NCBI GenBank assembly: GCA_035400625.1
Contig: DAOMZT010000005.1
Coordinates: 6,596-38,595, forward strand
Direction: 5' to 3'
Source of the DNA: an archaeon
GTDB taxonomy: Archaea > Iainarchaeota > Iainarchaeia > Iainarchaeales > CSSED10-239
Length of the DNA: 32,000 nucleotides
Each line of letters opens with the position of its first letter. The stretch's first letter is position 1. Shown one piece after another: positions 1 to 8,475 of the stretch. Made by a program: the position numbers and the translations under genes. The notes beneath the pieces are model-generated. The model made no database searches. It saw nothing but the letters and a program-made list of their open reading frames with translations, and was not told where the DNA came from.

Positions 1-78
1 GATTTCGTGTTTGCCTGATAAATATTTAATTAATTCATTACCAATAAATCCAGAACTTCCCGTTATTAAAATTTTCAT
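1..78 (-). CDS. N-terminal fragment of an NAD(P)-dependent epimerase/dehydratase-type Rossmann protein (gene continues past the window start)
   Basis: The reverse complement of 1-78 reads MKILITGSSGFIGNELIKYLSGKHEI. It has a GxxGxxG dinucleotide-binding motif right after the start, as in extended SDR/epimerases. The ATG is at 76-78. Only 26 codons are visible. Confidence 0.45.
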   Translation of the reverse strand, partial: MKILITGSSGFIGNELIKYLSGKHEI

Positions 79-185
79 TATAAAATCACAATTAGCTTGT
101 TATTTCTTTGATTTTTATAATCGTTTACTTCTATTGTTCTTAATGTTAGTCCCATTTATAAAAATTCCATAGTTTAATTCTAAAC

Positions 186-917
186 TTATTTATACCCACC
201 ATCTGCTATTAATACAATCCCGTTTACATAACTGGAGTCTTGTGATGATAGAAAGAAAGCAACTGATGCAATTTCTTCTGGCTTACCAAATCTTTTTGTA
301 AATATTCTTTTTTCTTCTTCTTTTATGTATTCTTTTGGTAGTTTTTTGTTTATGTCTGTTAATACCCATCCTGGAGCAATACAGTTTACTCTGATCTTTG
401 GTGCTAGTTCTTCTGCTAAGTTTCTAGTAAAACTAATTATCCCTGCTTTTGAAGCATCATAGTCTGCAGAGTCTGGACAAGTAACATTTATTCCGTTTGT
501 TGATGCTATGTTAATTATGTTTCCAAAACCTTGCTTTAACATATAAGGAGCAGTATATTTAGAACAAAAATAAGCCCCATTTAAATTAACATCAAAAGTT
601 CTTTTCCATTGTTTTGTTGTTTTCTTTAATAATGGAACATCATAAACTATTCCTGCATTATTTACTAAAACATCTATTTTTCCAAATGTTTTAATAACTT
701 GAGTAATCATTTTTTTAACAGCGGTTTCATTTGAAACATCACATTTAATTGCAATAGCTTCTACACCTAGTTTTTTTATATCTCGAACTACTTTATTTGC
801 TTCTATTTTGGAATTATTATAGTTTACTACAATATTCATTCCTTCTTTTGCAAACCTTAAAGCAATTGCTTTTCCTATTCCTCTACTTGAGCCTGTAACT
901 AATGCAACTTTATTCAT
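186..917 (-). CDS. Classical short-chain dehydrogenase/reductase, 3-oxoacyl-ACP reductase (FabG)-like
   Basis: 243 aa with TGSSRGIG cofactor motif, NNAG motif (VNNAGI) and catalytic Ser...YxxxK (YDASK). GAGGT Shine-Dalgarno-like sequence upstream of the ATG on the minus strand. Confidence 0.85.
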   Translation of the reverse strand: MNKVALVTGSSRGIGKAIALRFAKEGMNIVVNYNNSKIEANKVVRDIKKLGVEAIAIKCDVSNETAVKKMITQVIKTFGKIDVLVNNAGIVYDVPLLKKTTKQWKRTFDVNLNGAYFCSKYTAPYMLKQGFGNIINIASTNGINVTCPDSADYDASKAGIISFTRNLAEELAPKIRVNCIAPGWVLTDINKKLPKEYIKEEEKRIFTKRFGKPEEIASVAFFLSSQDSSYVNGIVLIADGGYK

Positions 918-1016
918 TTCTAATTACCTCTTTTGATATTTTTATAACCTAAAGACTTTAAATACTTTTTGATTAGATATAGATTGCTAGTTATGTTGCT
1001 AACAAATAAAAACCAT

Positions 1017-1934
1017 TTATTTCTCAAGAACTGCGATCTTGTCAAAAGTATTTTTAATTTTCTTATTATTTTTGTATTTGCCATTACCTGAAAATTTAAT
1101 GATTTTATAAGGCAAACCAAATTGCTTACAAAACCTTACTAGATTCTTATTTATTGCAAAAGGTGGTGTTTTCTTTGCAATATCGTTAGGGTAAGTGGAC
1201 AAGGAATAAACATAAAAGAATAATATTCCTTTCTTTTTAACTAGCTTTAATAAATCTACAAATACTCCTTTGTATTCTTCTGAGTCATATTCAAATCTAA
1301 AACAGAAGTAATTAGGAATATTTGATATGTTTAACACATCAAACTTTTCTTTTAGTTTTTTACTAAAATTAAAAATATCTTCACATATGAAGTTTATCTT
1401 TTTAGTTTTTAATATTTCTTTACAGCGGTTATAATTTGCTTCTGTTTTAAGATATGCATTCATTTCAAATAAAGTTACAAGAAGCATTGATCTTTCATTA
1501 AATAAACTTGAACGAATTATCTTATTTCCATCTTTTTTAAAATAAACATAAGCACTATTAAAAAAATCAAATGTGTCTTTTTTCAAATCTTTTGAAAATC
1601 TAATAAATAATTTATAATCAAAATTACCTATTTTATTTGGGCTTCCAAAAAACTCAAGAAATTCAATATAACTCAAATGTTTTATTGCGGTTGTTTTTAA
1701 ATCAATAAAATAACCAGTAAGCTGATTAATGTCAAAACATGTAACTTTCTTTGCACCACAATAAAAAGCATTGATTGCTTGATCTCCAGAACCTGCAATT
1801 GTCAGAACTGTTTTATTCTTCAAGTTAAATTTACTATAATAATTAGAAATCTGTTCTGTTCCATAAACATACATTGGGGTAATTTTGCCTTTCCCTACTC
1901 CTCTAATTTCAGTAATTATTTTTTTAATATCCAT
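1017..1934 (-). CDS. DUF3419 / BtaA-like SAM-binding Rossmann protein (family of S-adenosylmethionine:diacylglycerol 3-amino-3-carboxypropyl transferase)
   Basis: 305 aa. The stretch VLTIAGSGDQAINAFYCGAKKVTCFDINQLTGYFIDLKTTAIKHLSYIEFLEFFG matches my recollection of the DUF3419 N-terminal pattern (SxaSaGdn ... avDlN.aQ..L.eLK ... y.eF..fFG). The assignment rests on motif memory only. Confidence 0.5.
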   Translation of the reverse strand: MDIKKIITEIRGVGKGKITPMYVYGTEQISNYYSKFNLKNKTVLTIAGSGDQAINAFYCGAKKVTCFDINQLTGYFIDLKTTAIKHLSYIEFLEFFGSPNKIGNFDYKLFIRFSKDLKKDTFDFFNSAYVYFKKDGNKIIRSSLFNERSMLLVTLFEMNAYLKTEANYNRCKEILKTKKINFICEDIFNFSKKLKEKFDVLNISNIPNYFCFRFEYDSEEYKGVFVDLLKLVKKKGILFFYVYSLSTYPNDIAKKTPPFAINKNLVRFCKQFGLPYKIIKFSGNGKYKNNKKIKNTFDKIAVLEK

Positions 1935-2043
1935 ATCAAATGTTTATTCTAAAGTATTTAAATAATTAACATTTCGCACTGGACACCTACCCTCCCGAAA
2001 ACAACCCTTGTTTCTACAACAATATATTTATGGTGTAAGGGTT

Positions 2044-2958
2044 ATGGAAAATAAAACTGACGATAAGCTTTTGGTTGTTGAAAACCTAAAGAAAAAAATA
2101 TACACAATTAGAAATCAACAAGTAATGCTGGATAGTGACCTTGCAAAGCTTTATGGTATAACTGTTAGTGCACTTAACCAAGCAGTTAAAAGAAATTTAG
2201 AAAGATTCCCAAATGATTTTATGTTTCAACTTACCAAATCTGAACAAAATGATCTTATCGTTTACGATAACCTAAAATATCAAAAAATCTTGAAATCACA
2301 AATTGTGATTTCAAGTTCTGGATGGGGAGGCAAAAGAACAACCCCCTTTGTCTTCACAGAACAAGGTGTTGCTATGCTTTCTGGTGTCCTAAAAAGTGAA
2401 AGGGCTGTACAGGTTAATATCTATGTTATGAGAGCCTTTGTGGCTATGCGAAGATTTATGCAAGAAAACGCAGGGCTTATTGTAAGAGTAGATTCTCTTG
2501 AGAAAAAACAAATTGAAAATAACAAGAAATTTAAGGTGATATTTTCAGCTATGGATAACAAAGTAATATTAAAAAAACAAAAACTATTCTTTGATGGTCA
2601 AATCTTTGATGCTTATAAGTTTGTTAATGATATTCTGAAAGGTGCTAAAAAATCTATAATTATTATAGATAACTACATAGACGAATCTGTGTTTGTTTTA
2701 TTTTCAGAACTTAATATAAACATCACAATTTATACAGAAAAGATTACAGAAAAACTAAAACTAGATCTTGAAAAATACAATCAACAATACCCTAAGATAG
2801 AAATTAAGATTCTGAAAAAATGCCACGACAGGTTCTTAATTATTGATAATACAGAAATCTATCATCTTGGAGCCTCCATTAAAGATCTTGGAAAGAAAAT
2901 GGTTGCAATCTCTAAAATGAATAAAGAATCTTTGCAAATACTAAATAAATTGAAATAA
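2044..2958 (+). CDS. ORF6N-family (KilA-N-like DNA-binding) protein with the usual C-terminal HDRFLIID...GASIKDLGKK domain
   Basis: N-terminal IYTIRNQQVMLDSDLAKLYGITVSALNQAVKRNLERFPNDFMFQLT, then LKSQIVISSSGWGGKR..FVFTEQGVAMLSGVLKSERAVQVNIYVMRAF. The C-terminus has IIIDNYIDESV...HDRFLIIDNTEIYHLGASIKDLGKK. The ORF track starts at a TTG (2008); the ATG at 2044 (MENKTDDK) is the more likely start. Confidence 0.75.
   Translation: MENKTDDKLLVVENLKKKIYTIRNQQVMLDSDLAKLYGITVSALNQAVKRNLERFPNDFMFQLTKSEQNDLIVYDNLKYQKILKSQIVISSSGWGGKRTTPFVFTEQGVAMLSGVLKSERAVQVNIYVMRAFVAMRRFMQENAGLIVRVDSLEKKQIENNKKFKVIFSAMDNKVILKKQKLFFDGQIFDAYKFVNDILKGAKKSIIIIDNYIDESVFVLFSELNINITIYTEKITEKLKLDLEKYNQQYPKIEIKILKKCHDRFLIIDNTEIYHLGASIKDLGKKMVAISKMNKESLQILNKLK
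2289..2315. repeat. 27-nt perfect palindrome (13-nt arms, 1-nt centre) inside the ORF6N gene
   Basis: cTTGAAATCACAA a TTGTGATTTCAAg. It encodes LKSQIVIS and has the same skeleton as the two downstream intergenic palindromes. Confidence 0.9.
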
Positions 2959-3016
2959 TTAAAAACTTGTGTTACTTGGTAAATTTGCTGGAAACACCAG
3001 TATTTATGCTAATCGT

Positions 3017-3041
3017 TTGAGGTCGCAATTTGCGACCTCAA
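3017..3041. repeat. 25-nt perfect palindrome / hairpin (12-nt arms), intergenic copy 1
   Basis: TTGAGGTCGCAA t TTGCGACCTCAA, verified base by base. It lies 59 nt after the ORF6N stop codon. Confidence 0.9.
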
Positions 3042-3061
3042 AACAAGAAAAAGGAGATAAT

Positions 3062-3086
3062 TTGCGGTCACAAATTGTGACCGCAA
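3062..3086. repeat. 25-nt perfect palindrome / hairpin (12-nt arms), intergenic copy 2
   Basis: TTGCGGTCACAA a TTGTGACCGCAA. It starts exactly 45 nt after copy 1. Confidence 0.9.
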
Positions 3087-3197
3087 AAATCAGCAGTATC
3101 TTTGACACAAATAAAAAGCAGAAGCTTTTTAACATTTTTATTACCTAAATATATATTTCTAGTTTTATTCTTTTAAAATATTAAAAAGACAAGAAAT

Positions 3198-6035
3198 ATG
3201 AGACATAAAAGCATTATTATTAAAGGTGCCAGAGAGCACAATCTAAAGAACATTGATGTAGAGATACCTAGAGATAAGCTCGTGGTTATCACAGGAGTTT
3301 CAGGTTCTGGAAAATCAACACTTGCTTTTGACACTATCTATGCTGATGGCCAAAGAAGATATATGGAATCTTTATCTGCTTATGCTAGGCAGTTTCTTGG
3401 GATGATGAAAAAACCAGATGTTGATTCTATAGAAGGGCTGTCCCCAGCAATCTCTATAGAACAAAGAACAAGTTCTAAGAACCCTCGCTCAACTGTAGGG
3501 ACAATTACTGAGATTTATGATTATTTAAGATTACTTTATGCAAGAATAGGAACACCTTATTGTCCTAAACATAACATACCTATACAGCCATTATCTGCTC
3601 AAAAGATAACAGAAAATATCCTAGATGAATACAAAGAAGAAATTTACATACTTTCGCCAATAGTCCAGAAAAAGAAAGGGACCTATGAGAAGCTTTTCTT
3701 AGACCTTAACAAAGAAGGTTTTTTAAGAGTAAGAATAAACGGAGAGATCGCAAGAACAGACGAGGAAATAAAGATCGACAGATATAAAATGCATGATATT
3801 GATATTGTTATTGACAGAATAACACCAAGCGATGATAAAACAAGGCTCTACCAGGATATTGAGCAAGGCCTTGACAGATCAAATGGACTAATCAAAATAA
3901 TTTCAGTAAAAGACTTTGAAAAAAACAAAGAAAAAGCAAAAGAAAAGCTTTTCTCTTCTAAGATGTCTTGTCCAGTGTGTGGCCTTTCTTTTGAAGAGCT
4001 ACAGCCTAGAATGTTTTCTTTTAATTCTCCGTTTGGTGCTTGTGAGGAGTGTTCTGGCCTAGGCTTTAAGATGGAGTTTGATCCAGATCTAATAATTCCA
4101 GACAAAACAAAATCAATAGCTGATGGAGCAGTAGTGATTTACAGAAACATTGTAGATAGTTGGCGCGGACAGCATCTTGCAATAGTTGCCAAACATCATA
4201 ATTTCTCAGCAATGACTCCTATAAAAGACCTAACAAAGAAACAATATGATGTCTTGATGTATGGTTCAGAAGATAATATCCAATTTAATCTTGAAGGAAA
4301 AAACGGAACATCAAGCTTTAATTACAATGGCAAATGGGAAGGGATTATTCCTCAGTCTCAAAGATTGTACAGACAAACAGATTCTGACTACAGAAAAACA
4401 GAAATGGAAAAATATATGAGCACTTCTCCTTGTCTTGCTTGTAAGGGTAGAAGACTAAAAGAAAAAATTCTAGCAGTAAAGATCAATAACAAATCAATAA
4501 TGGATATTTGTGATTTGTCAATAGCCTCAGCTACTTATTTTTTCAAAAATATTAAACTAGATAACAAACAAAAAGAAATATCCAACCACATACTAAAAGA
4601 AATAAACTCTCGTCTTGAGTTTTTAGAAAAGGTTGGTCTTGGCTATCTTACTCTTTCAAGAGCATCGGGAACTCTTTCAGGAGGAGAGTCTCAAAGGATT
4701 CGTTTGGCAACAAACCTAGGAACAAACCTAACAGGGGTTTTGTATATTCTTGATGAGCCATCTATTGGTCTTCACCAGAAAGATAACCAAAAGCTTATTG
4801 ATACTCTTTGTAATCTAAGGGATCTTGGTAACACTGTTGTGGTTGTTGAACATGATGAAGACACCATTCGCCAGGCAGACTATGTTGTTGATATGGGTCC
4901 GGGGGCAGGCATCTATGGTGGAGAAGTTGTTGCTGTAGGAACTCCTGAAGATATAGAAAATTCCAAAAAATCATTAACTGGACAATATCTTGCAGGAACC
5001 CAGTTTATTCAAATCCCAAAGATAAGAAGAAAACCTAAGGATTTTATAAAAATAATTGGAGCAGAGGAAAATAATCTTAAGAAAATAGATTTAAAGATAC
5101 CAACAGGGGTCTTTACTTGTATTACTGGAGTATCAGGCTCTGGTAAGTCTTCTCTTGTTTATGAGACAATCTATCCTTTCCTCATGAACAGGTTTTATAA
5201 ATCAAGGATGAGTGTTGGTAAAGTTAAAGACGTAATAATCCCTAAAAATATTGATAAAGTAATTTCCATTGACCAATCACCAATAGGAAGAACCCCTCGT
5301 TCCAATCCTGCAACATACACCAAGTTGTTTGATGATATTAGATGGGTGTTTGCCATGTCACCTGAGGCAAAGCTAAGAGGATATGATATTGGAAGATTTT
5401 CTTTTAATGTCAAAGGCGGAAGATGTGAGGCTTGTCAAGGTGATGGGCAGATTAAGATTGAAATGAATTTTCTTCCTGATATTTATGTTGACTGTGATGA
5501 ATGTAAAGGCAAAAGATATAATTCTGAGACTCTTGAAATATTATACAAAAAGAAAAACATTGCAGATGTCTTAAACATGTCAGTTGATGAGGCTTTTACT
5601 TTTTTTGAAAACTTGCCATCTCTAAGGAAAAAGCTACAAACTCTTGTTGATGTTGGTCTTGGCTACATTAAGCTTGGTCAAAGTTCTGTAACTCTTTCAG
5701 GAGGAGAAGCTCAAAGAATCAAGTTGACAAAAGAGTTATCAAAGAGAGACACAGGAAACACAGTTTACCTTCTTGACGAGCCAACAACAGGCCTACATTT
5801 TCATGATGTTAAGAAATTGATAGATGTTCTTAACCGTTTGGTGGAGAAAGGAAACACTGTTATCGTTATAGAACATAACCTTGATATCATAAAGTCAGCA
5901 GACTATATTATTGACCTTGGTCCTGATGGTGGAGAGAAAGGAGGAGAAGTTGTTGCAGAAGGCACTCCTGAGGAAATCACAAAATCCAAAAAAAGCTATA
6001 CTGCTGAATTTCTTAAAAAGATACTTAAAAAATAA
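3198..6035 (+). CDS. uvrA: Excinuclease ABC subunit A
   Basis: 945 aa with two ABC ATPase modules ([14 protein letters not shown] and [14 protein letters not shown] Walker A; [12 protein letters not shown] and [12 protein letters not shown] signatures). Zinc-finger cysteines are present (CPVCG...CEEC and CEACQGDG...CDECKG). The typical N-terminus [19 protein letters not shown] is present. Confidence 0.97.
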   Translation: MRHKSIIIKGAREHNLKNIDVEIPRDKLVVITGVSGSGKSTLAFDTIYADGQRRYMESLSAYARQFLGMMKKPDVDSIEGLSPAISIEQRTSSKNPRSTVGTITEIYDYLRLLYARIGTPYCPKHNIPIQPLSAQKITENILDEYKEEIYILSPIVQKKKGTYEKLFLDLNKEGFLRVRINGEIARTDEEIKIDRYKMHDIDIVIDRITPSDDKTRLYQDIEQGLDRSNGLIKIISVKDFEKNKEKAKEKLFSSKMSCPVCGLSFEELQPRMFSFNSPFGACEECSGLGFKMEFDPDLIIPDKTKSIADGAVVIYRNIVDSWRGQHLAIVAKHHNFSAMTPIKDLTKKQYDVLMYGSEDNIQFNLEGKNGTSSFNYNGKWEGIIPQSQRLYRQTDSDYRKTEMEKYMSTSPCLACKGRRLKEKILAVKINNKSIMDICDLSIASATYFFKNIKLDNKQKEISNHILKEINSRLEFLEKVGLGYLTLSRASGTLSGGESQRIRLATNLGTNLTGVLYILDEPSIGLHQKDNQKLIDTLCNLRDLGNTVVVVEHDEDTIRQADYVVDMGPGAGIYGGEVVAVGTPEDIENSKKSLTGQYLAGTQFIQIPKIRRKPKDFIKIIGAEENNLKKIDLKIPTGVFTCITGVSGSGKSSLVYETIYPFLMNRFYKSRMSVGKVKDVIIPKNIDKVISIDQSPIGRTPRSNPATYTKLFDDIRWVFAMSPEAKLRGYDIGRFSFNVKGGRCEACQGDGQIKIEMNFLPDIYVDCDECKGKRYNSETLEILYKKKNIADVLNMSVDEAFTFFENLPSLRKKLQTLVDVGLGYIKLGQSSVTLSGGEAQRIKLTKELSKRDTGNTVYLLDEPTTGLHFHDVKKLIDVLNRLVEKGNTVIVIEHNLDIIKSADYIIDLGPDGGEKGGEVVAEGTPEEITKSKKSYTAEFLKKILKK

Positions 6036-6123
6036 TCTTATTTCTTTTTCTTTGTTTTATATTTTATCTGTCCCAAAACAAGAAAAAGTTTATTTTTTAA
6101 TATGTCTTTAACATATATTATTT

Positions 6124-7698
6124 ATGATTAATCTAGAAAATATCCCTTCTAGTCCTGGTTGTTATATCTATAAGGATAATCTAGATAATATAATCTATAT
6201 TGGCAAAGCAAAAAACCTAAAGAAAAGAGTTTCTTCTTATTTTTTGAAGAAAGATCATGATAACAAAACAAATGCTCTTGTGTCTAATATCTCTTCTGTG
6301 GATTTCATTGTTACTTCTAATGAGCTTGAGGCTCTTGTCCTAGAGAATAATCTAATTAAGAAATATCTTCCAAAATATAATGTTGATCTAAAGTCTGGTC
6401 AAAGATATGCTTATATCCAATTGACAAAAGATATATTCCCTAGACTTGTAACCATAAGAGAAAAGCCAAAAGGCAAAGATGACAACATATTTGGACCATT
6501 TGTTTCTGGTCAGAACAGAATTGAAACAATCAGGTTTCTTAACAAGCATTTCAAGCTTAGAACATGTAAGAGACTTCCAAAGACTGCTTGTGTAAGATAT
6601 CATATTGGTTATTGCTCTGCTCCTTGCATTGCCAACATCTCTAAGGAAGAATATGCTAAGACAATTGAAATTGTAAAAAAAATACTTTCTGGAAAAAGCA
6701 CAGAATATCTTCCAGATATGAAAAAAGAAATGGATAATTATTCTAAGAACCAAGACTTTGAGAAGGCCCTTGTCTTAAGAGACCAGATTTCTGCTATCGA
6801 GTATCTGGCAGAAAAGCAGAATATGGAAAGATTAGTTAATTATAATCAGGATATTATTAATTATGAGATAAGAGACAACAAAGTCTATGTCCTTCTCTTT
6901 AACATAGACAAAGGGCTTCTTGTTAACAAAAGATCTTTTTCTTTTGATGAAACCTTGGTAGACATCTCTGTTCTTGATGATTTTCTTGTAAAATATTATT
7001 CCAATAACCAGAAAACAATACCACAAGAGATTATTCTTCCAGAAGAGATCTCACAAAGCACCAAAGATTATCTTGAAGGCCTTTCTAAAAAGAAAATAAC
7101 TATAACAATTCCAAAAAAAGGAGAGAAAAAAGAACTTCTTGATCTTTGCTTTAAAAATATTGAGATTACTTTTTTTAGAAATATCAGTAAGGTTTATGCT
7201 TTAAAGGAAAAGCTAAAACTAAAAAAGGTTCCACACATGATCGAGTGCTTTGATATTTCTCATCTTTCTGGCACCCTCACTGTTGGCTCAATGGTTTGCT
7301 TTAAAGATGGTGTCCCTTTTAAGGAACAATATAGAAGATTCAGAATCAAGACCTTACCAAAAGACAAAATTGATGATTTTTCAGCAATGGCAGAAGTAGT
7401 CAGAAGAAGATATCTAAACAAAGAGCTTCCTTTGCCTGACTTGATTGTCATAGATGGGGGGAAAGGTCAGCTTTCTTCTGCTATAGATGCTTTAAAGGTG
7501 GCTGGTGTCCAAGATAAAGTGCAGATTATCGCCCTTGCTGAAAAAGAAGAAGAGATTTACTTGCCAGACCTGATGTTTCCAATAAAACTGAACAGAAAAG
7601 ACATAGCTCTTCTTTTGCTGGAAGAGATAAGAGATGAAGCCCACAGGTTTGCTATAACCTACAACAAGCTTTTAAGAGAAAAAGAAATTAAAAAATAA
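6124..7698 (+). CDS. uvrC: Excinuclease ABC subunit C, short form lacking the C-terminal (HhH)2 domain
   Basis: 524 aa. GIY-YIG N-terminus (PGCYIYKD...IIYIGKAKNLKKRVSSY), four-Cys block (CKRLPKTACVRYHIGYCSAPC), UVR-like segment (FEKALVLRDQISAIE) and C-terminal endonuclease domain (IECFDISH...IDGGKGQL...IRDEAHRFAITYNK). The protein ends 14 residues after HRFAI. Confidence 0.93.
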   Translation: MINLENIPSSPGCYIYKDNLDNIIYIGKAKNLKKRVSSYFLKKDHDNKTNALVSNISSVDFIVTSNELEALVLENNLIKKYLPKYNVDLKSGQRYAYIQLTKDIFPRLVTIREKPKGKDDNIFGPFVSGQNRIETIRFLNKHFKLRTCKRLPKTACVRYHIGYCSAPCIANISKEEYAKTIEIVKKILSGKSTEYLPDMKKEMDNYSKNQDFEKALVLRDQISAIEYLAEKQNMERLVNYNQDIINYEIRDNKVYVLLFNIDKGLLVNKRSFSFDETLVDISVLDDFLVKYYSNNQKTIPQEIILPEEISQSTKDYLEGLSKKKITITIPKKGEKKELLDLCFKNIEITFFRNISKVYALKEKLKLKKVPHMIECFDISHLSGTLTVGSMVCFKDGVPFKEQYRRFRIKTLPKDKIDDFSAMAEVVRRRYLNKELPLPDLIVIDGGKGQLSSAIDALKVAGVQDKVQIIALAEKEEEIYLPDLMFPIKLNRKDIALLLLEEIRDEAHRFAITYNKLLREKEIKK

Positions 7699-7699
7699 A

Positions 7700-8374
7700 C
7701 TAATTATTTTCTTCTTTTAAGATTTCATATATTTCCTTGTTTAAGATTACATTATTTACTTTTCCTATCTTCTCTTTTTTTATAATTTCATTATCTTCTA
7801 GATCTCTTAATATCCTATGGACTTTTAGTTTATTTAGCTTCGTTATTTGAACTAGTTCATATTGTCTTATTTTTCCATTATTTTCAAGAAGTGCCTGTAT
7901 TAATTTTCTGTGTGTATCAGGGAGCATCTTTAAAATTAGCCCAGTATTGTTTGCCAAATGTTTTTCCGTTTTATCTACTTTACTTGACATAGCCCAGAAA
8001 ACAATAATACCAAATAACAAACCAATAAATGCAGCAAAAGGAATAAGATATTTATGATATTCAAAAACAAATGGTTTTTTCATGCGCTTAAATTCTGCAT
8101 CAAGTTGTTCTTTTGTTTTGTGGGGTTGTATTTGACAACTACTATTGTCTTCATTATTATCACACAAAGCTATATATTTTTGAGTGGTGTGGCGTGTTAT
8201 GGCATTGTCATCAAATATTCTTTCTCTTCTTAATTTGTCTTGTGCTGACAAAAAGAAATAAACTGAAAATATTAATAGCAAAAATGCCACAAGAATTACA
8301 ATACCCAAAACTACATTTTTCTTTATTTTCATAGATATTTCTGCATCTAAATATTTAAAAAACAATTGTTTCAT
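7700..8374 (-). CDS. Membrane-anchored winged-helix (MarR/ArsR-like) transcriptional regulator
   Basis: 224 aa with two predicted TM segments (VVLGIVILVAFLLLIFSVYFFL and IPFAAFIGLLFGIIVFWAM). The C-terminal wHTH-like block is HRKLIQALLENNGKIRQYELVQITKLNKLKVHRILRDLEDNEIIKKEKIGK. An alternative start is MKIKKN at 8332. The gene is divergent from the ABC cassette. Confidence 0.6.
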   Translation of the reverse strand: MKQLFFKYLDAEISMKIKKNVVLGIVILVAFLLLIFSVYFFLSAQDKLRRERIFDDNAITRHTTQKYIALCDNNEDNSSCQIQPHKTKEQLDAEFKRMKKPFVFEYHKYLIPFAAFIGLLFGIIVFWAMSSKVDKTEKHLANNTGLILKMLPDTHRKLIQALLENNGKIRQYELVQITKLNKLKVHRILRDLEDNEIIKKEKIGKVNNVILNKEIYEILKEENN

Positions 8375-8456
8375 ATTTTTGAAACTTTATTTTTTATAGT
8401 TTTATTATTTTGAAACCCTGTTTTTTAGTTTCAAAAAAGCATATATATAGTTTCAA
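8368..8456. promoter_or_regulatory. Divergent promoter region with five GTTTCA/TGAAAC half-sites (candidate operator) and a TATA-like box
   Basis: GTTTCA-N6-TGAAAC at 8368-8385 overlaps the ATG of the wHTH gene. TGAAAC-N11-GTTTCA lies at 8411-8433 (extended TTTGAAAC/GTTTCAAA 8409-8435), with an extra GTTTCA at 8450-8455. ATATATATA at 8441-8449 sits about 27 nt before the ATG at 8476, which would give a leaderless ABC ATPase mRNA. Confidence 0.35.
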
Positions 8457-8475
8457 TTCTATAATTTATATAAAC

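Noticed and set aside
920-1120. 66-aa minus-strand ORF overlapping the 3' end of the DUF3419-like gene
   Set aside because: It overlaps a longer, motif-bearing ORF on the same strand in another frame. There is no start context and the sequence is low-complexity.
1961-2007. Locally GC-richer patch (cgcactggacacctaccctcccgaaaacaaccc) upstream of the ORF6N gene, considered as a tRNA fragment or att site
   Set aside because: I could not fold it into any tRNA arm, and I found no matching direct repeat on the other side of the ORF6N gene.
3039-6088. Identical 15-mer CAAAACAAGAAAAAG at 3039-3053 and 6074-6088
   Set aside because: It is a low-complexity A-rich word, and matches of this length are expected by chance in an AT-rich 32-kb window. 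The flanks are not similar.
3848-7451. Antisense or alternative-frame ORFs inside uvrA and uvrC (3848..4105, 5195..5413, 5911..6111, 6388..6753, 6832..7026, 7260..7451)
   Set aside because: They are shadow ORFs embedded in confidently identified genes. None carries a recognisable motif or ribosome-binding site.
8410-8475. TTG-initiated 22-codon N-terminal extension of the ABC ATPase (and similarly 2008-2043 for ORF6N and 21933-21941 for tspO)
   Set aside because: The extensions add residues atypical for the families. Internal ATGs give canonical N-termini, and in the ABC case the ATG lies at a leaderless distance from a TATA-like box.
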